From Candidatus Latescibacterota bacterium (lineage in GTDB: Bacteria > Latescibacterota > UBA2968 > UBA8231), in assembly GCA_965197905.1 (NCBI GenBank), contig CBDAOB010000005.1, forward strand, positions 1,888,001 through 1,952,000: a DNA stretch of 64,000 nucleotides, written 5' to 3'. Position numbers and translations under genes: made by a program. Within the stretch, counting starts at the first letter, position 1, and each line of letters starts with the position of its first letter. The notes under the pieces were generated by a model. It was not told the DNA's origin. It did not search any database and saw nothing but the letters and a program-made list of their open reading frames with translations. Positions 30,463 to 40,924 of the stretch are shown here, one piece after another.

Positions 30463-33400
30463 TTATCGCAGGGCGACTTCGATTCCCACACCACGTCGGT
30501 GCCCGTCGAGAAAGCTCTGAGCCTCTTCCGGCGTCGAGAAGGCTCCTGCCAGCAGCCGGCAGGGTCCGCCTTGGCGGCTTTGCAGATACGATCTACGGTT
30601 CCCCTGGTCTTGGCTCGATATGGTTCGCGCTGCCTCCCCACAATCTGGGAACAATCCCAGCTCCAAGCCGTAGGGCAAACGCAGGATCGCGTACTCTTCG
30701 ATCAGTCCATCCGTCTGCAGCTGGCGCGCGCGTGCAAACGCCGAGTCCCAGCTCTCGAAGCTTCCAATCAGCAAACGCTCCAGCTGCCTCCCCCGCACTA
30801 CAACGGGACTGAGAAAAGCGTCCTGACCGTGCCGCGAAGATTTTTCAAAATGGGGGCCGACCACTTACTGTCCGTCGGATAGCTAGCCGCCCTGATGGAG
30901 TACGGGAGACGCACACTTGGCGCAGCCTGCGCCGGGGGGGCGGGCCGAGCGGCCGGCTCAACGACGAGCTCGCTGGCTTGAAGTTGTGCGGCTGGCGGTG
31001 GTGGCTGCGGTGATGGCACAGATTCGACTGCCGGCCGTTCTTCGGTTGGGACTGGCGTCGTCGCCAACTGCTCCGCTTCCGGGCGCGGCGCATCGGAACG
31101 CCCGGACGGAAGGCCGGGGTTACGGTTTGATTGATGGCCGGATAACACCGGTACTAGTCCCAATGGACGCGACAATACTCCGCTTTGCCAGACAAGCCCC
31201 AGAGCCATGATGACGGTTAGCGTCCTCGAGGCGCTTCGCGCCGCCGCGCTCCGCGGCCTTTCGGAGCGGCCGGAATGACGCCGTGCCGGTTTCGATCGCG
31301 CCTGCGGCGTTTTCTTTTCCGTTGGTTCCGTCGGGGCCGGATCGCCGAACAATCTCCTTTTGACTACCTCGATCTTGCGCCCCCATGCACCAATCTCGTT
31401 GGAAATCTTTTCGCCAATGGACCGCGATACCCCCCCGACTTCACTGCCGTAGGCGTAGTAGTCAGAGTGGCTCAAATCTTGGAACTCGGAGCTGAGATCG
31501 GCGCGGATGCCGTTCAGAATAACTCCGAGAAGATCCACATGCTTGCTATTCAACAAGGTAGTGGACCGTTTGAGGGCGGTGCGGGGGACATCACCTGCCT
31601 TGTACACCACGAGAACGCCGTCGGTGCGTCTACCAAGAATCGACGAATCCGTGACTTGCAGGACAGGGGGCGAATCTACGAGTACGACGTCATACGCCTC
31701 GCGTACTTCCGCTAGAAACTGCGCCATCGGCTCTGAATTCAGCAGCTCCGCCGAGTTGGGGGGAATCGCGCCGCTGGTAATAATGTTCAGATTACTTATA
31801 CCCTGCGTCTGAAAGACATCCTTCATGCCCATACCGCCCGTCACGATATCGGTAACCGTGCGTACCACATCCCTCCAACCGAAGTTTCCGATGATCACTT
31901 CGGTCAGACCGGGCTCCCGCTCCAAACCGAACAGTCGGTTCAAGGTCGGACGTCGCAGATCACCGTCGACCAGCAGCACCCTTTGCCCGAACTGGGCCAT
32001 GCTCATGGCCAGGTTTGCGGACGTAGTGCTTTTACCTTCCTGATTCGTCGAACTGGTGATCATCAAACACTTCGCCCCCTTTTCGACGGTCACGAAGTCG
32101 ATATTCGTGCGCAGAATGCGATAACTCTCGGCGAGCGTCGACTGGGGGTCGAAGTAGGCTACAAGCTGCGCTTTGCGTTGGACAGTGCGCTCGTCTTCTA
32201 CCTTCCCGCCACGTCGCTCCAAGGAACTCCGTACGTCTTCAACGTTGATGTACGGAATCAGACCCACTACCTGAGTTCCGGTGTATTCCTGCACGTCTTC
32301 TATGGTGCCAATAGAGGTGTCGAGGGTCTCGGCGACAACTGCAAAGACAACGCCGAGTATCAAACCGAGCATGATGCCGATGACGCCGCGCCGTATCATG
32401 GGCATCGGGTTGATAGGTTGGCTGGGGGTGATCGCGGCCTGAAGAATCGCCACATCCTGCACTCGATCCGCTTCCCGGATAAGGGCGGTCTGATACTGCT
32501 CCTCGAGAATCGTGACGATCTCCTGGTGCATGTCCACTTCGCGTTCGAGGCGTGAGAGTACAAGACCCTTCGAGGGCAGCTCGTTGTACTCGATGCGGAG
32601 CTTCTCGAGATGACCTCGCTCGCTGACCAGGGATCGCTGAATTACCTCCTGCCGTTGTCGCAGCTCGGTTACGAGGTGGCGACCCAATTGATCGATCTTC
32701 GCCTGCACCTCTTTCACGGTGGGATGACCCTCGGTGTATTTGACCAACAGACCGTCGCGCTGGAGCTGAAGGCTATTGAGCTGGGCGTTGAGACGCATGA
32801 ACACCTCCCCCACCAGCGGCCGTGAAGCCCCCTTCAGTGCACTCTCGGACAACACCTCATTCTTGGAAATTTCGGCGAGCATTGCGCCGATATCGCGAAG
32901 GTTCTGCTCGAACCGTTGCACTGCGCGATCGGCCTCAGTGATAGCAGAGAGGACCACACTCGTCTGCGAGGACAACGATATCAGATTGGTTTTCTCGCGA
33001 TATCATTTGACGTCCTCTTCCGCCTCTTCCAGCATCGGTCTGGCGCTGTCTCGTTGTCCCTGGACAAAGGATCTGTGTTTTACCGCCTGTTCGTTTTTTA
33101 TGTCGGAGTCATATTTCTGGAAGACCATGGACAGCGTATTGGCGATGTCCCGAGCGAAGTACGGATCGGGATCCGTAGCCTCGATCGCAATGATATTGGT
33201 ATAGCCTTCCTGTGCAGCATTGATCTGCCCCTGGAGAGCTAGTACGACCAAGGCCGTATCCTCGATCGTCTCCGTCTCGCCGAAGAGTTCCAGCTCGCGG
33301 GCAGCCTCCTTCAATACCGGGAAGCTGGTAATAATGGCCAACTGGGTTTCGATCAAGTCGCTGGACTCTGAGTAGGAAGACAGAGCTAGCTGAGCGAGGG

Positions 33401-33587
33401 CGTTGCTGGAAGCTTGTTGAGAGTTCAGCTGGATTTTCGCGGCAGCCCGGTACATGGGTACCGGTTTCCAGATCGTAGCGATAACCAGGCTGAAGAATCC
33501 GAGCACGAATGCCGTGAAGAGAACAATTCCCTTCCGGCGTCGTAGAATACGCCAATAATCTCGGAGAGTTACATCATACTGAGCCAT
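30463..33587 (-). pseudogene. Wzc-like polysaccharide co-polymerase/BY-kinase with C-terminal SPOR-like domains; in-frame TGA at 33003-33005 and frameshift at ~30833
   Basis: Wzz N-terminus (LRDYWRILRRRK), YTEGHP, ESYRILRTN, Walker A EGKST, DGDLRRP, VDSPP, Tyr cluster DYYAYG; then a hydrophobic helix, Pro-rich linker and YSI..AS / RLLIGSF / RLLAGAFST segments. Confidence 0.85.
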
Positions 33588-33662
33588 AGATCACCTGCTC
33601 GTCATCCTGACTCGATCGTTATCTCAGGGAGCAGAATGAACGTCGCGTTTGGCCCCCACCCG

Positions 33663-34289
33663 CTATCGTCGCCTGGTTGCTTTGCGGGGTCTTCGGCCGT
33701 ATGCCGCCGACGATTTGTCGGCCGAATCGTTAACGGAGACCGCTGGGCCCGGATCCCCATGCTCGATGTTGCTGATAAATTGTGAAGGTATGTCGCGACA
33801 CAAAACGATCTCGCCCCTGGGGTAGAACTCAACCCCGCCTTCGTGCGCATCGCGCGCCGCAATCACCGCCAGACATGGGAGCTCGACGCGGCGATTCCTG
33901 GCTTCGGCAGCTTCCCTACTGATGGACAGATGAATATACGACCTGTCTACCGGACGTATCCCCTTGTCGGAATAGGTCGCGGCTTGTTCTTGCGTACACC
34001 CGATGTAGAGGTGTTCGGGCGGCTCCTCGGGCTCATCCATTTCGACAAAGAAGCTGTGACCGTACTTGGCCCGCACGCCTTTCTCGTTCAATTCGAATCT
34101 GCGTTGATCGGGGGCATTCAGCATCTCCAACAAGATATCGTCGGTGATATCGTCAATCTTGGTTCCGAGGGCTTCTACCACATCTTCAACCGGCGCATAT
34201 CCGTATTCGTCGACGTTGAGGCCGAATTCGTCCGGTCGGTGCCGAAGCATAAGGGAAAGCAGTTTCGAGATTCGCTTAAAATCACTCAC
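33663..34289 (-). CDS. kptA: RNA 2'-phosphotransferase (Tpt1/KptA family)
   Basis: LSLMLRH-x-P, RFE, RA-x-YGHS, R-x-Y-I-H-L-S. Confidence 0.85.
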   Translation of the reverse strand: MSDFKRISKLLSLMLRHRPDEFGLNVDEYGYAPVEDVVEALGTKIDDITDDILLEMLNAPDQRRFELNEKGVRAKYGHSFFVEMDEPEEPPEHLYIGCTQEQAATYSDKGIRPVDRSYIHLSISREAAEARNRRVELPCLAVIAARDAHEGGVEFYPRGEIVLCRDIPSQFISNIEHGDPGPAVSVNDSADKSSAAYGRRPRKATRRR

Positions 34290-34328
34290 GTATACACGTA
34301 TCCTTTGAAGTTGACATTAGCACCATGA

Positions 34329-34781
34329 TCAGTTCCACTTTTCGCGATACGACTTTATGGCATCGGCTATTTCCGGCTGCCCCAACGCGATAATCTCGGC
34401 GGCAAGCATGGCCGCGTTTCGAGCGTTGTCGATACCGACGGTGGCCACGGGAATGCCGGGCGGCATCTGGACAATAGCGTAGAGCGCGTCGACGCCATTG
34501 AGGGCTCCAGTGGCGATAGGGACACCAACTATGGGAAGGGTCGTGTGTGCTGCCAAAACGCCCGGCAATGCAGCCGCCAATCCTGCCCCCGCGATGATGA
34601 CCTTCAAACCCCTCTCGGCCGCACTGCGCGCATACGCTGCCGTTTTTTCCGGATTTCGGTGAGCTGAGCATACGACCGCTTCATAACCAATGCCAAGCTC
34701 ATCCAGCACGTCGGTACCTTTGCGCATCACTTCCTCATCCGACTTGCTTCCCATAATGACGCCGATCTGAATCGCTGACAT
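34329..34781 (-). CDS. purE: N5-carboxyaminoimidazole ribonucleotide mutase
   Basis: IMGS-x-SD, SAHR, AGAGLAAALPG, VQMPPGIPVATV. Confidence 0.96.
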   Translation of the reverse strand: MSAIQIGVIMGSKSDEEVMRKGTDVLDELGIGYEAVVCSAHRNPEKTAAYARSAAERGLKVIIAGAGLAAALPGVLAAHTTLPIVGVPIATGALNGVDALYAIVQMPPGIPVATVGIDNARNAAMLAAEIIALGQPEIADAIKSYREKWN

Positions 34782-34860
34782 GTGTTGACTGTTCTTCCGT
34801 AAGCCCTAAATGGATCAGGTATTTATGAAATATAATGCCAGCGCCCGAACGATTCAAGAA

Positions 34861-36012
34861 TCAACACATTTTGCGCCGCAGGAACGTGGGGTAGTCGAGG
34901 CTCTCGGGAGCGCTGGCCGGCTCTTCCGATTCCGCGACCGCACCAGCCGTCAGTTCTCGCGAACCTCGCCGAATGAACGCGGGGATCTTCAACTCTTCGG
35001 GCTCGTCGTCCATCCGAGATCCCTCGACCGCTTCCGGCTCGAAGCGGGATTCGTCCTTCACGTTGAATCCTGTGGCGATAACAGTAACCCTGATCTCGTC
35101 CACCAAACTGTTGTCGATCACGGTGCCGAAGATGATGTTGGCCTCCATACCGGCCGCCTGCTGGATGATCGAAGTTGCCTCGTTGACCTCAAACAACGTC
35201 AGGTTCGCGTCGGCGGCGATATTGATCAGGAGCCCCTTAGCGCCGTCGATGGAAACGTCTTCGAGAAGCGGAGATTGAATCGCTTTGCGAGCGGCTTCCT
35301 GGGCGCGGTTCTCGCCCTTTTGAATTCCCACGCCCATAATGGCGTCGCCGCCCTCGGAGATTATGGTTTTGACGTCATTGAAGTCTAGATTGATCATGCC
35401 CGGAATCGTGATGAGATCAGCGATTCCACGAACGGCTTGCATCAAGACCTCATCCGCCTTGACGAAGGCATCTTCAAGCGTGGTATCCCGGTCGCAAATC
35501 GACAGCAGACGTTGGTTCTTGATGGTGATGAGGGTGTCGACCTGGCCTTGGAGCTCACTCAACCCATCCATTGCATTTCGCATTCTCGGGAGCCCCTCGA
35601 ACTGAAATGGCTCCGTCACGATGCCCACCGAGAGAGCGCCCAGTTCCTTGGCGATCTCGGCGACGACCGGCGCTGCCCCGGTGCCCGTTCCGCCCCCCAT
35701 GCCGGCGGTGATGAATACCAAATCGGAGTCCTGCAGCTTCTCCGCAACGCTCTCCCGGTCCTCCATCACCGCCTGGCGTCCAAGCTCGGGCATCGCGCCG
35801 GCGCCCAGACCTCTGGTGACATCGTCACCGATACAGATACAAGCGTCGGCGGCACAGTTTTCCAATGCTTGAGAGTCCGTATTGACAGCGATAAACTCGA
35901 CCCCGTGCATACCCGAGCTTATCATCCTGTTAATCGCATTGCCGCCGGCTCCGCCCACGCCGATCACCTTGATTCTAGCTTTTTGCTCGTTGCTTATGAT
36001 CCTAAATGTCAT
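34861..36012 (-). CDS. ftsZ: Cell division protein FtsZ
   Basis: GVGGAGGNA, tubulin signature GGGTGTG, INLDFND. Confidence 0.98.
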   Translation of the reverse strand: MTFRIISNEQKARIKVIGVGGAGGNAINRMISSGMHGVEFIAVNTDSQALENCAADACICIGDDVTRGLGAGAMPELGRQAVMEDRESVAEKLQDSDLVFITAGMGGGTGTGAAPVVAEIAKELGALSVGIVTEPFQFEGLPRMRNAMDGLSELQGQVDTLITIKNQRLLSICDRDTTLEDAFVKADEVLMQAVRGIADLITIPGMINLDFNDVKTIISEGGDAIMGVGIQKGENRAQEAARKAIQSPLLEDVSIDGAKGLLINIAADANLTLFEVNEATSIIQQAAGMEANIIFGTVIDNSLVDEIRVTVIATGFNVKDESRFEPEAVEGSRMDDEPEELKIPAFIRRGSRELTAGAVAESEEPASAPESLDYPTFLRRKMC

Positions 36013-36042
36013 CGTGCCCTCTCTTCCGAAATGTCTGGAAAA

Positions 36043-37308
36043 CTATATGGACTGTTGAAACCAAGACTTCAAACGACCGCACAAGACCTCGAGCCTTCCC
36101 TCGGAAAAACCGGCAGTACGACGCGCCGGCTGAAACTGGTTGGATTCCAAGCTCTTCACTCCGTGGTGGACGAGGCCCAGTACCGTGGCGTACACCGGAC
36201 TGGCGACCCGCTCTCCCATTCCCGCCAATCGGCGGGGGATGCCCATGCGAACCGGGAGGTTTAAAACCTCTTCCGCCAGTTGCGCCGAACCGTTCAACAA
36301 TACACCGCCTCCTGTCAAGACAACCCCGGCCGGCAGCGCATCCGCGTCAAAATCGTTGATCCGACGTTTCACCATGGCGAAAATCTCCTCCATCCGCGCC
36401 TGAATAATCGTACTCAGCTGTGCGGCGGGGATTTCCCGATTAGGTCGGCCGGCGACTCCGGGCAGGGTCAGGAATGTGTTGGCTGACTCGGGATTTTGGA
36501 AGCAGTGCCCATGGGCGCATTTTATCGTCTCGGCTTGGGGCCAGGAAGCACGCAATCCGATGGCAATGTCGCTCGTTACGTTCTGTCCGCCCAACCCAAT
36601 GACCGCGGTATGGCGCACGCTTCCATTGTCGAAAATCGCCAGATCCGTCGTCCCGCCGCCGATGTCGACGACGCACGCTCCCATCGCGCGTTCATCCTCC
36701 TCGAGCACGGCGTAGGCGGAGGCCAGAGGCTCGAGAACGATGCCTCGGATCTCATAACCCGAGCGCAGTATACACTTGCAAACATTTTGCGTAGAGGTTA
36801 CTGCCGCCGTTACGAGATGGACGTCCGCTTCCAACCTCACGCCCACCATTCCCACCGGATCCCTGATACCCATCTGTCCATCTACACCGAAATCCTGCTC
36901 CAAGACGTGAATAATTTCGCGGTCTGTTGGCACGGAGACCGTGCTGGCAGTCTCTATTACTCGATCCTTGTCGGAGCGCCCGATCGCCCCGCTGCTAGAC
37001 GCGGTGGCAATCGCTCCGTGGCTGTTCAGACTGCGTATATGATCTCCAGCTATGCCGGCGTAGACCGCCGTCGCCTTGACACCCGCCATCAACTCTGCTT
37101 TGGCCACCGCGCTCTCGATCGATCGAATCGTCTTTTCCACGTCGACGACCACTCCGCGCCGCATGCCCCGGGAGGGAGTGCTCCCAAATCCCATAATCTT
37201 GAGGTGCCCACGCGAGAACTCTCCAATCACCGCGCACACTTTCGTCGTGCCCATGTCGAGCCCCACGATGGTTCCGCCCGTAGGTTTGATGACGACATCC
37301 GCTCTCAT
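36043..37308 (-). CDS. ftsA: Cell division protein FtsA
   Basis: GLDMGTTKV, DIGGGTTD, LTGGG, C-terminal amphipathic helix. Confidence 0.96.
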   Translation of the reverse strand: MRADVVIKPTGGTIVGLDMGTTKVCAVIGEFSRGHLKIMGFGSTPSRGMRRGVVVDVEKTIRSIESAVAKAELMAGVKATAVYAGIAGDHIRSLNSHGAIATASSSGAIGRSDKDRVIETASTVSVPTDREIIHVLEQDFGVDGQMGIRDPVGMVGVRLEADVHLVTAAVTSTQNVCKCILRSGYEIRGIVLEPLASAYAVLEEDERAMGACVVDIGGGTTDLAIFDNGSVRHTAVIGLGGQNVTSDIAIGLRASWPQAETIKCAHGHCFQNPESANTFLTLPGVAGRPNREIPAAQLSTIIQARMEEIFAMVKRRINDFDADALPAGVVLTGGGVLLNGSAQLAEEVLNLPVRMGIPRRLAGMGERVASPVYATVLGLVHHGVKSLESNQFQPARRTAGFSEGRLEVLCGRLKSWFQQSI

Positions 37309-38153
37309 CAGGAGGTCCCATCCTTACTGCCGACCACCACTTGCCGGGAAAATCGCAGATCGACGTAGGCCGGTTCCGGGCACTCCGTGTAGATCCGTGG
37401 CATGGCTGTTCGAAGTACCTGCAACCGATCCCTGACTCTGTCGAATGGCATCCGGATCTCGAGCCCGTCGCCTACCAGAAGGATACGCATCGCTCCATCC
37501 CTCATGGGCATAATCTCCGATATGTTCATACAGAAATCCCGATCAGCGGTGTTGGCTTCTCGCAACCAACCGAGGATGCGGGCTAAGGAAGAGTCGGTAA
37601 CCACTTCGCCGACGCGGAGGATATCGAGGTTGACATCAATTCCGGCGATTACGGGCAGATCCAGGTTCGCGACTGAGTCGTCAGGGCCAACGTCCGGAAG
37701 CAATACTCCGTTGGCATCCACGGTCCGCAGGGCGTTGGCGTCGATCCACGCCGATCTCTGTCGTTCAACCAGAGAGACGACCAGGCGATCTGGAGGTTTT
37801 CGAACGATGACCACTCGCTCGACCCAAGGGATCGCCTCGATCCGGTCCTGCACCACCTGCAGATCAAGATCGAGAATATTGTCTCCCACTGTGAGCCCGC
37901 TGGCCGACATGATCTGGCGCCCTTCGAGTCGATCCAGACCTTCAATTTCCAAAGCTGCCAGAATGAAACGTGGTGAGTCGGCCGAACTTTCCGCCAGCTG
38001 CGATCCGGCAAACACCGCCGATGTCGCGGCCAAAACGCAAACCACAAATACGAGCTTGCGCCGAGATCTCCCCTCGCGCGGACCGTTGCCACGGGCGCCA
38101 ACCGGAACCGCCTGCGAACTTTTTTGAGACATCAATTTAGTTCTGCGTCGCAT
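37308..38153 (-). CDS. ftsQ: Cell division protein FtsQ/DivIB
   Basis: Single TM, POTRA-like region (PWV...P), C-terminal YVDLRF; lies between murC and ftsA. Confidence 0.88.
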   Translation of the reverse strand: MRRRTKLMSQKSSQAVPVGARGNGPREGRSRRKLVFVVCVLAATSAVFAGSQLAESSADSPRFILAALEIEGLDRLEGRQIMSASGLTVGDNILDLDLQVVQDRIEAIPWVERVVIVRKPPDRLVVSLVERQRSAWIDANALRTVDANGVLLPDVGPDDSVANLDLPVIAGIDVNLDILRVGEVVTDSSLARILGWLREANTADRDFCMNISEIMPMRDGAMRILLVGDGLEIRMPFDRVRDRLQVLRTAMPRIYTECPEPAYVDLRFSRQVVVGSKDGTS

Positions 38154-39537
38154 CTTTCAGCTTTCCAGCATCGAGGGCGTGCACCAATTGCGTGGCTACT
38201 CGACCGATGTCCCCAGCTCCCATGGTCAGCACCAAATCACCACCGCGGCAACGTTCGACTACCCGACCTACTAAGCGGGTGGAATCTCTCTCCAATTCGA
38301 CCGCCGCGAAACCGTTGGCGCGCATTTCCTCCACGATCATGTCGCTCTTAATTCCGGCAATTGGGACCTCCCGCGCCGGGTATATATCCGTAATGAACAC
38401 CTGATCGGCGGCGGTTAGAGCGGCCCCGAACTCGCGAAAGAAATCCCGTGTGCGCGAATAGAGATGGGGTTGAAAAATGGCAGTGACGCGGCGCCCGAAA
38501 CTCCGCGCCGTGGCCAGCGCGGCTTCCACCTCCGCCGGATGGTGAGCGTAGTCGTCCACGATCAGCACATCTCTCACTTGGCCTTTGCACTCGAACCTCC
38601 GATCCAAACCAGGGAAATTGCTAAGCCCCTCGACGATATGGTTCATGCTGACTCCGAGTAGCCGCGTCATGCCGGCCGCGCCGACGGCGTTCAAGAGGTT
38701 GTGTCCACCTGGCACGTTGAGCTCGACAGCGCCCAGGAGTTTGTCCTCGTCGAACAGCTCGAACTCCGATCCCCACGCGCGCGACCTAGCGTTTCGTGGA
38801 TGAAAACGGTTGCTAGCTTCGACACCGTAGGTCGAATAACGGCGAGATAGATGAGGCATGATCTCGCGCACCCCCTGGCTTTCACCGGCCAACAAGGTCT
38901 GACCATAGAAAGGCAAGCGACGGAGAAAATCGAGGAATCCTGCCTGCACACCCGCCTCATCGCCATAGCAGTCGAGATGCTCCGCATCGATGGAGGTAAC
39001 TACAGCCGCGTTGGGATACATCTTCAGGAAGCTCCTATCGAACTCATCTGCCTCTACGACGAAATAACCGCCATCCGTCCACCGGCCCTGGACCTTTCCT
39101 CTCACATACCCCCCAATCGCGACCGCAGGTTCAAGACCTGCAGCATCGAGCACGCTGGCCAACATTGCCGACGTGGTCGTCTTACCGTGGGTGCCCGCCA
39201 CTGCGATCGTAAACGAGGTCCGAGCGATTTCGCCCAGTAGTTCCGCCCGGCCGACTACATCGATTCCCCGACGCCTGGCAACCTCCAACTCTTCGTTCGA
39301 AGACGGGACCGCTGCCGAATACACCACCAGATCGACATCGCCAACGCTTTCGGCTCGGTGCCCGATGTGGACGTCGAAGCCATCCCGCTCCAGCGCATCA
39401 GTCGCGTCGGACCTGGTGCTGTCCGTGCCGGTTATGCGGCATCCCCTAGCGGAGAGAATACGAGCGAGTCCTTCCATGCCAGCACCAGCGATACCCACCA
39501 TGTGAACGCGGTCGTACTTGTGAAACAGGGTTTTCAT
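38137..39537 (-). CDS. murC: UDP-N-acetylmuramate--L-alanine ligase
   Basis: GIAGAGM, AGTHGKTTT, EADE, DDYAHHP, FQPH-x-YSRT. The ATG overlaps the ftsW stop. Confidence 0.96.
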   Translation of the reverse strand: MKTLFHKYDRVHMVGIAGAGMEGLARILSARGCRITGTDSTRSDATDALERDGFDVHIGHRAESVGDVDLVVYSAAVPSSNEELEVARRRGIDVVGRAELLGEIARTSFTIAVAGTHGKTTTSAMLASVLDAAGLEPAVAIGGYVRGKVQGRWTDGGYFVVEADEFDRSFLKMYPNAAVVTSIDAEHLDCYGDEAGVQAGFLDFLRRLPFYGQTLLAGESQGVREIMPHLSRRYSTYGVEASNRFHPRNARSRAWGSEFELFDEDKLLGAVELNVPGGHNLLNAVGAAGMTRLLGVSMNHIVEGLSNFPGLDRRFECKGQVRDVLIVDDYAHHPAEVEAALATARSFGRRVTAIFQPHLYSRTRDFFREFGAALTAADQVFITDIYPAREVPIAGIKSDMIVEEMRANGFAAVELERDSTRLVGRVVERCRGGDLVLTMGAGDIGRVATQLVHALDAGKLKDATQN

Positions 39538-40706
39538 GCTGCATTTTTCGCCCAACGACTTGCACCGGCCGAGCTTGATCGCAGCTTGGTCGCCCTTCCG
39601 CTGTCCCTGGCCACACCTATCAAGACGCCGACTCCCGCCAGATTCCACACCAACGAGGATCCACCATAGCTTATGAACGGGAGGGGTAAACCAGTGGTCG
39701 GAAGAACACCCGTGGCCACGCCGATGTTCAACATTGCGTAGATTGAAATCATCACGGTTATCCCCGTTGCCACCAGGAATCCATAGTACGAGGGCGTTTG
39801 CCGCGAGATTTTCAGGCCGTGGATAGCTAGCGCGGCGAACAGGCCGATAATGCTCAAGGTCCCCGCCAATCCAAGCTCTTCACCGATGAACGAGAAAACG
39901 AAGTCGGTATGCGGCGCCGGCAGAAACTGTTGCTTCTGCATGCTGTTTCCCAACCCCACACCCAGGAACCCGCCGCTCCCCAACGCCAGCAATGACTGGG
40001 TAATTTGGTAGCTCGAACCCTGAGTATCGGCGGTCTCCAGAAAGCTCACGATGCGACGCATCTGATACGGTGAAGCGTACAGCGACCAAGCCACCACGGG
40101 CAGAACCACGAGGACACTGGCGATCAGGTGCAAACTTCTGGCCCCCGCCACCCACAACATAGCCAAGGCAATCAATGCTACGGCGATGGCGGTTCCTAGA
40201 TCTGGTTGAATCGCGATGAGCCCTACTACGGCGCCGACTACCAGGATGCGGGGCAGAAATCCGCGTTTGAAATCGCACAGTTGGCTCCGTTTGCGCACGA
40301 GCACGTCGGACAGGTAGAGTACCAGGGCAAGCTTTACGAACTCGGATGGCTGCACGTTGATCCCGGACAACGCAGCCGGAAGCGGCAACCACCGCTGGGC
40401 CGGCCCCTGCCCCTTCAACAGCACCAACACCAACGACACAACTCCCGCAATCAGCAGGAGCTTCGCGGCCCGGGCCCAAAACGCCAGCGGCACCTGAGCG
40501 ATCAGCAACATTATTGCGATTCCGAATAGCGCGCGAACCACTTGGCGCTCCAGAAAGAAGCTGCTGTCGGAGTGGCGCACACTGGCGAGAACGGAGCTCG
40601 AGCTAAACACCATCACCACGCCCACTCCTACTAGGACCAGGGCGATTAGAAAGACGTGCAAGCTGGCCCTCGGGGCGTGCTGTGCGTGACTTCGGCGTCT
40701 TGACAA
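39534..40706 (-). CDS. ftsW: SEDS family peptidoglycan polymerase FtsW
   Basis: QPSEF-x-K, QPDLGT, YQ..R, PHTDF, GEELG, LPFISYGGSS. Confidence 0.94.
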   Translation of the reverse strand: MSRRRSHAQHAPRASLHVFLIALVLVGVGVVMVFSSSSVLASVRHSDSSFFLERQVVRALFGIAIMLLIAQVPLAFWARAAKLLLIAGVVSLVLVLLKGQGPAQRWLPLPAALSGINVQPSEFVKLALVLYLSDVLVRKRSQLCDFKRGFLPRILVVGAVVGLIAIQPDLGTAIAVALIALAMLWVAGARSLHLIASVLVVLPVVAWSLYASPYQMRRIVSFLETADTQGSSYQITQSLLALGSGGFLGVGLGNSMQKQQFLPAPHTDFVFSFIGEELGLAGTLSIIGLFAALAIHGLKISRQTPSYYGFLVATGITVMISIYAMLNIGVATGVLPTTGLPLPFISYGGSSLVWNLAGVGVLIGVARDSGRATKLRSSSAGASRWAKNAA

Positions 40707-40924
40707 AGAGACTCAGCTTCCCGGCGATTGGCGATGGGTCGGCTCCAGATCGGCTGGCCACGGGACAGCCGTATCCTCCAGCCGGTGCAACCACCGCCGC
40801 GACCTTTGAGAGCGACTACTTCTGTAAGGGATAATGGGAAGGGAGATGCTACTCCATGATACGTGGCTTTGGGGAAAGCCCGGAGCAGGAACAGTTTAAG
40901 TCGTTCACCCGTTCAATGTGTCAA

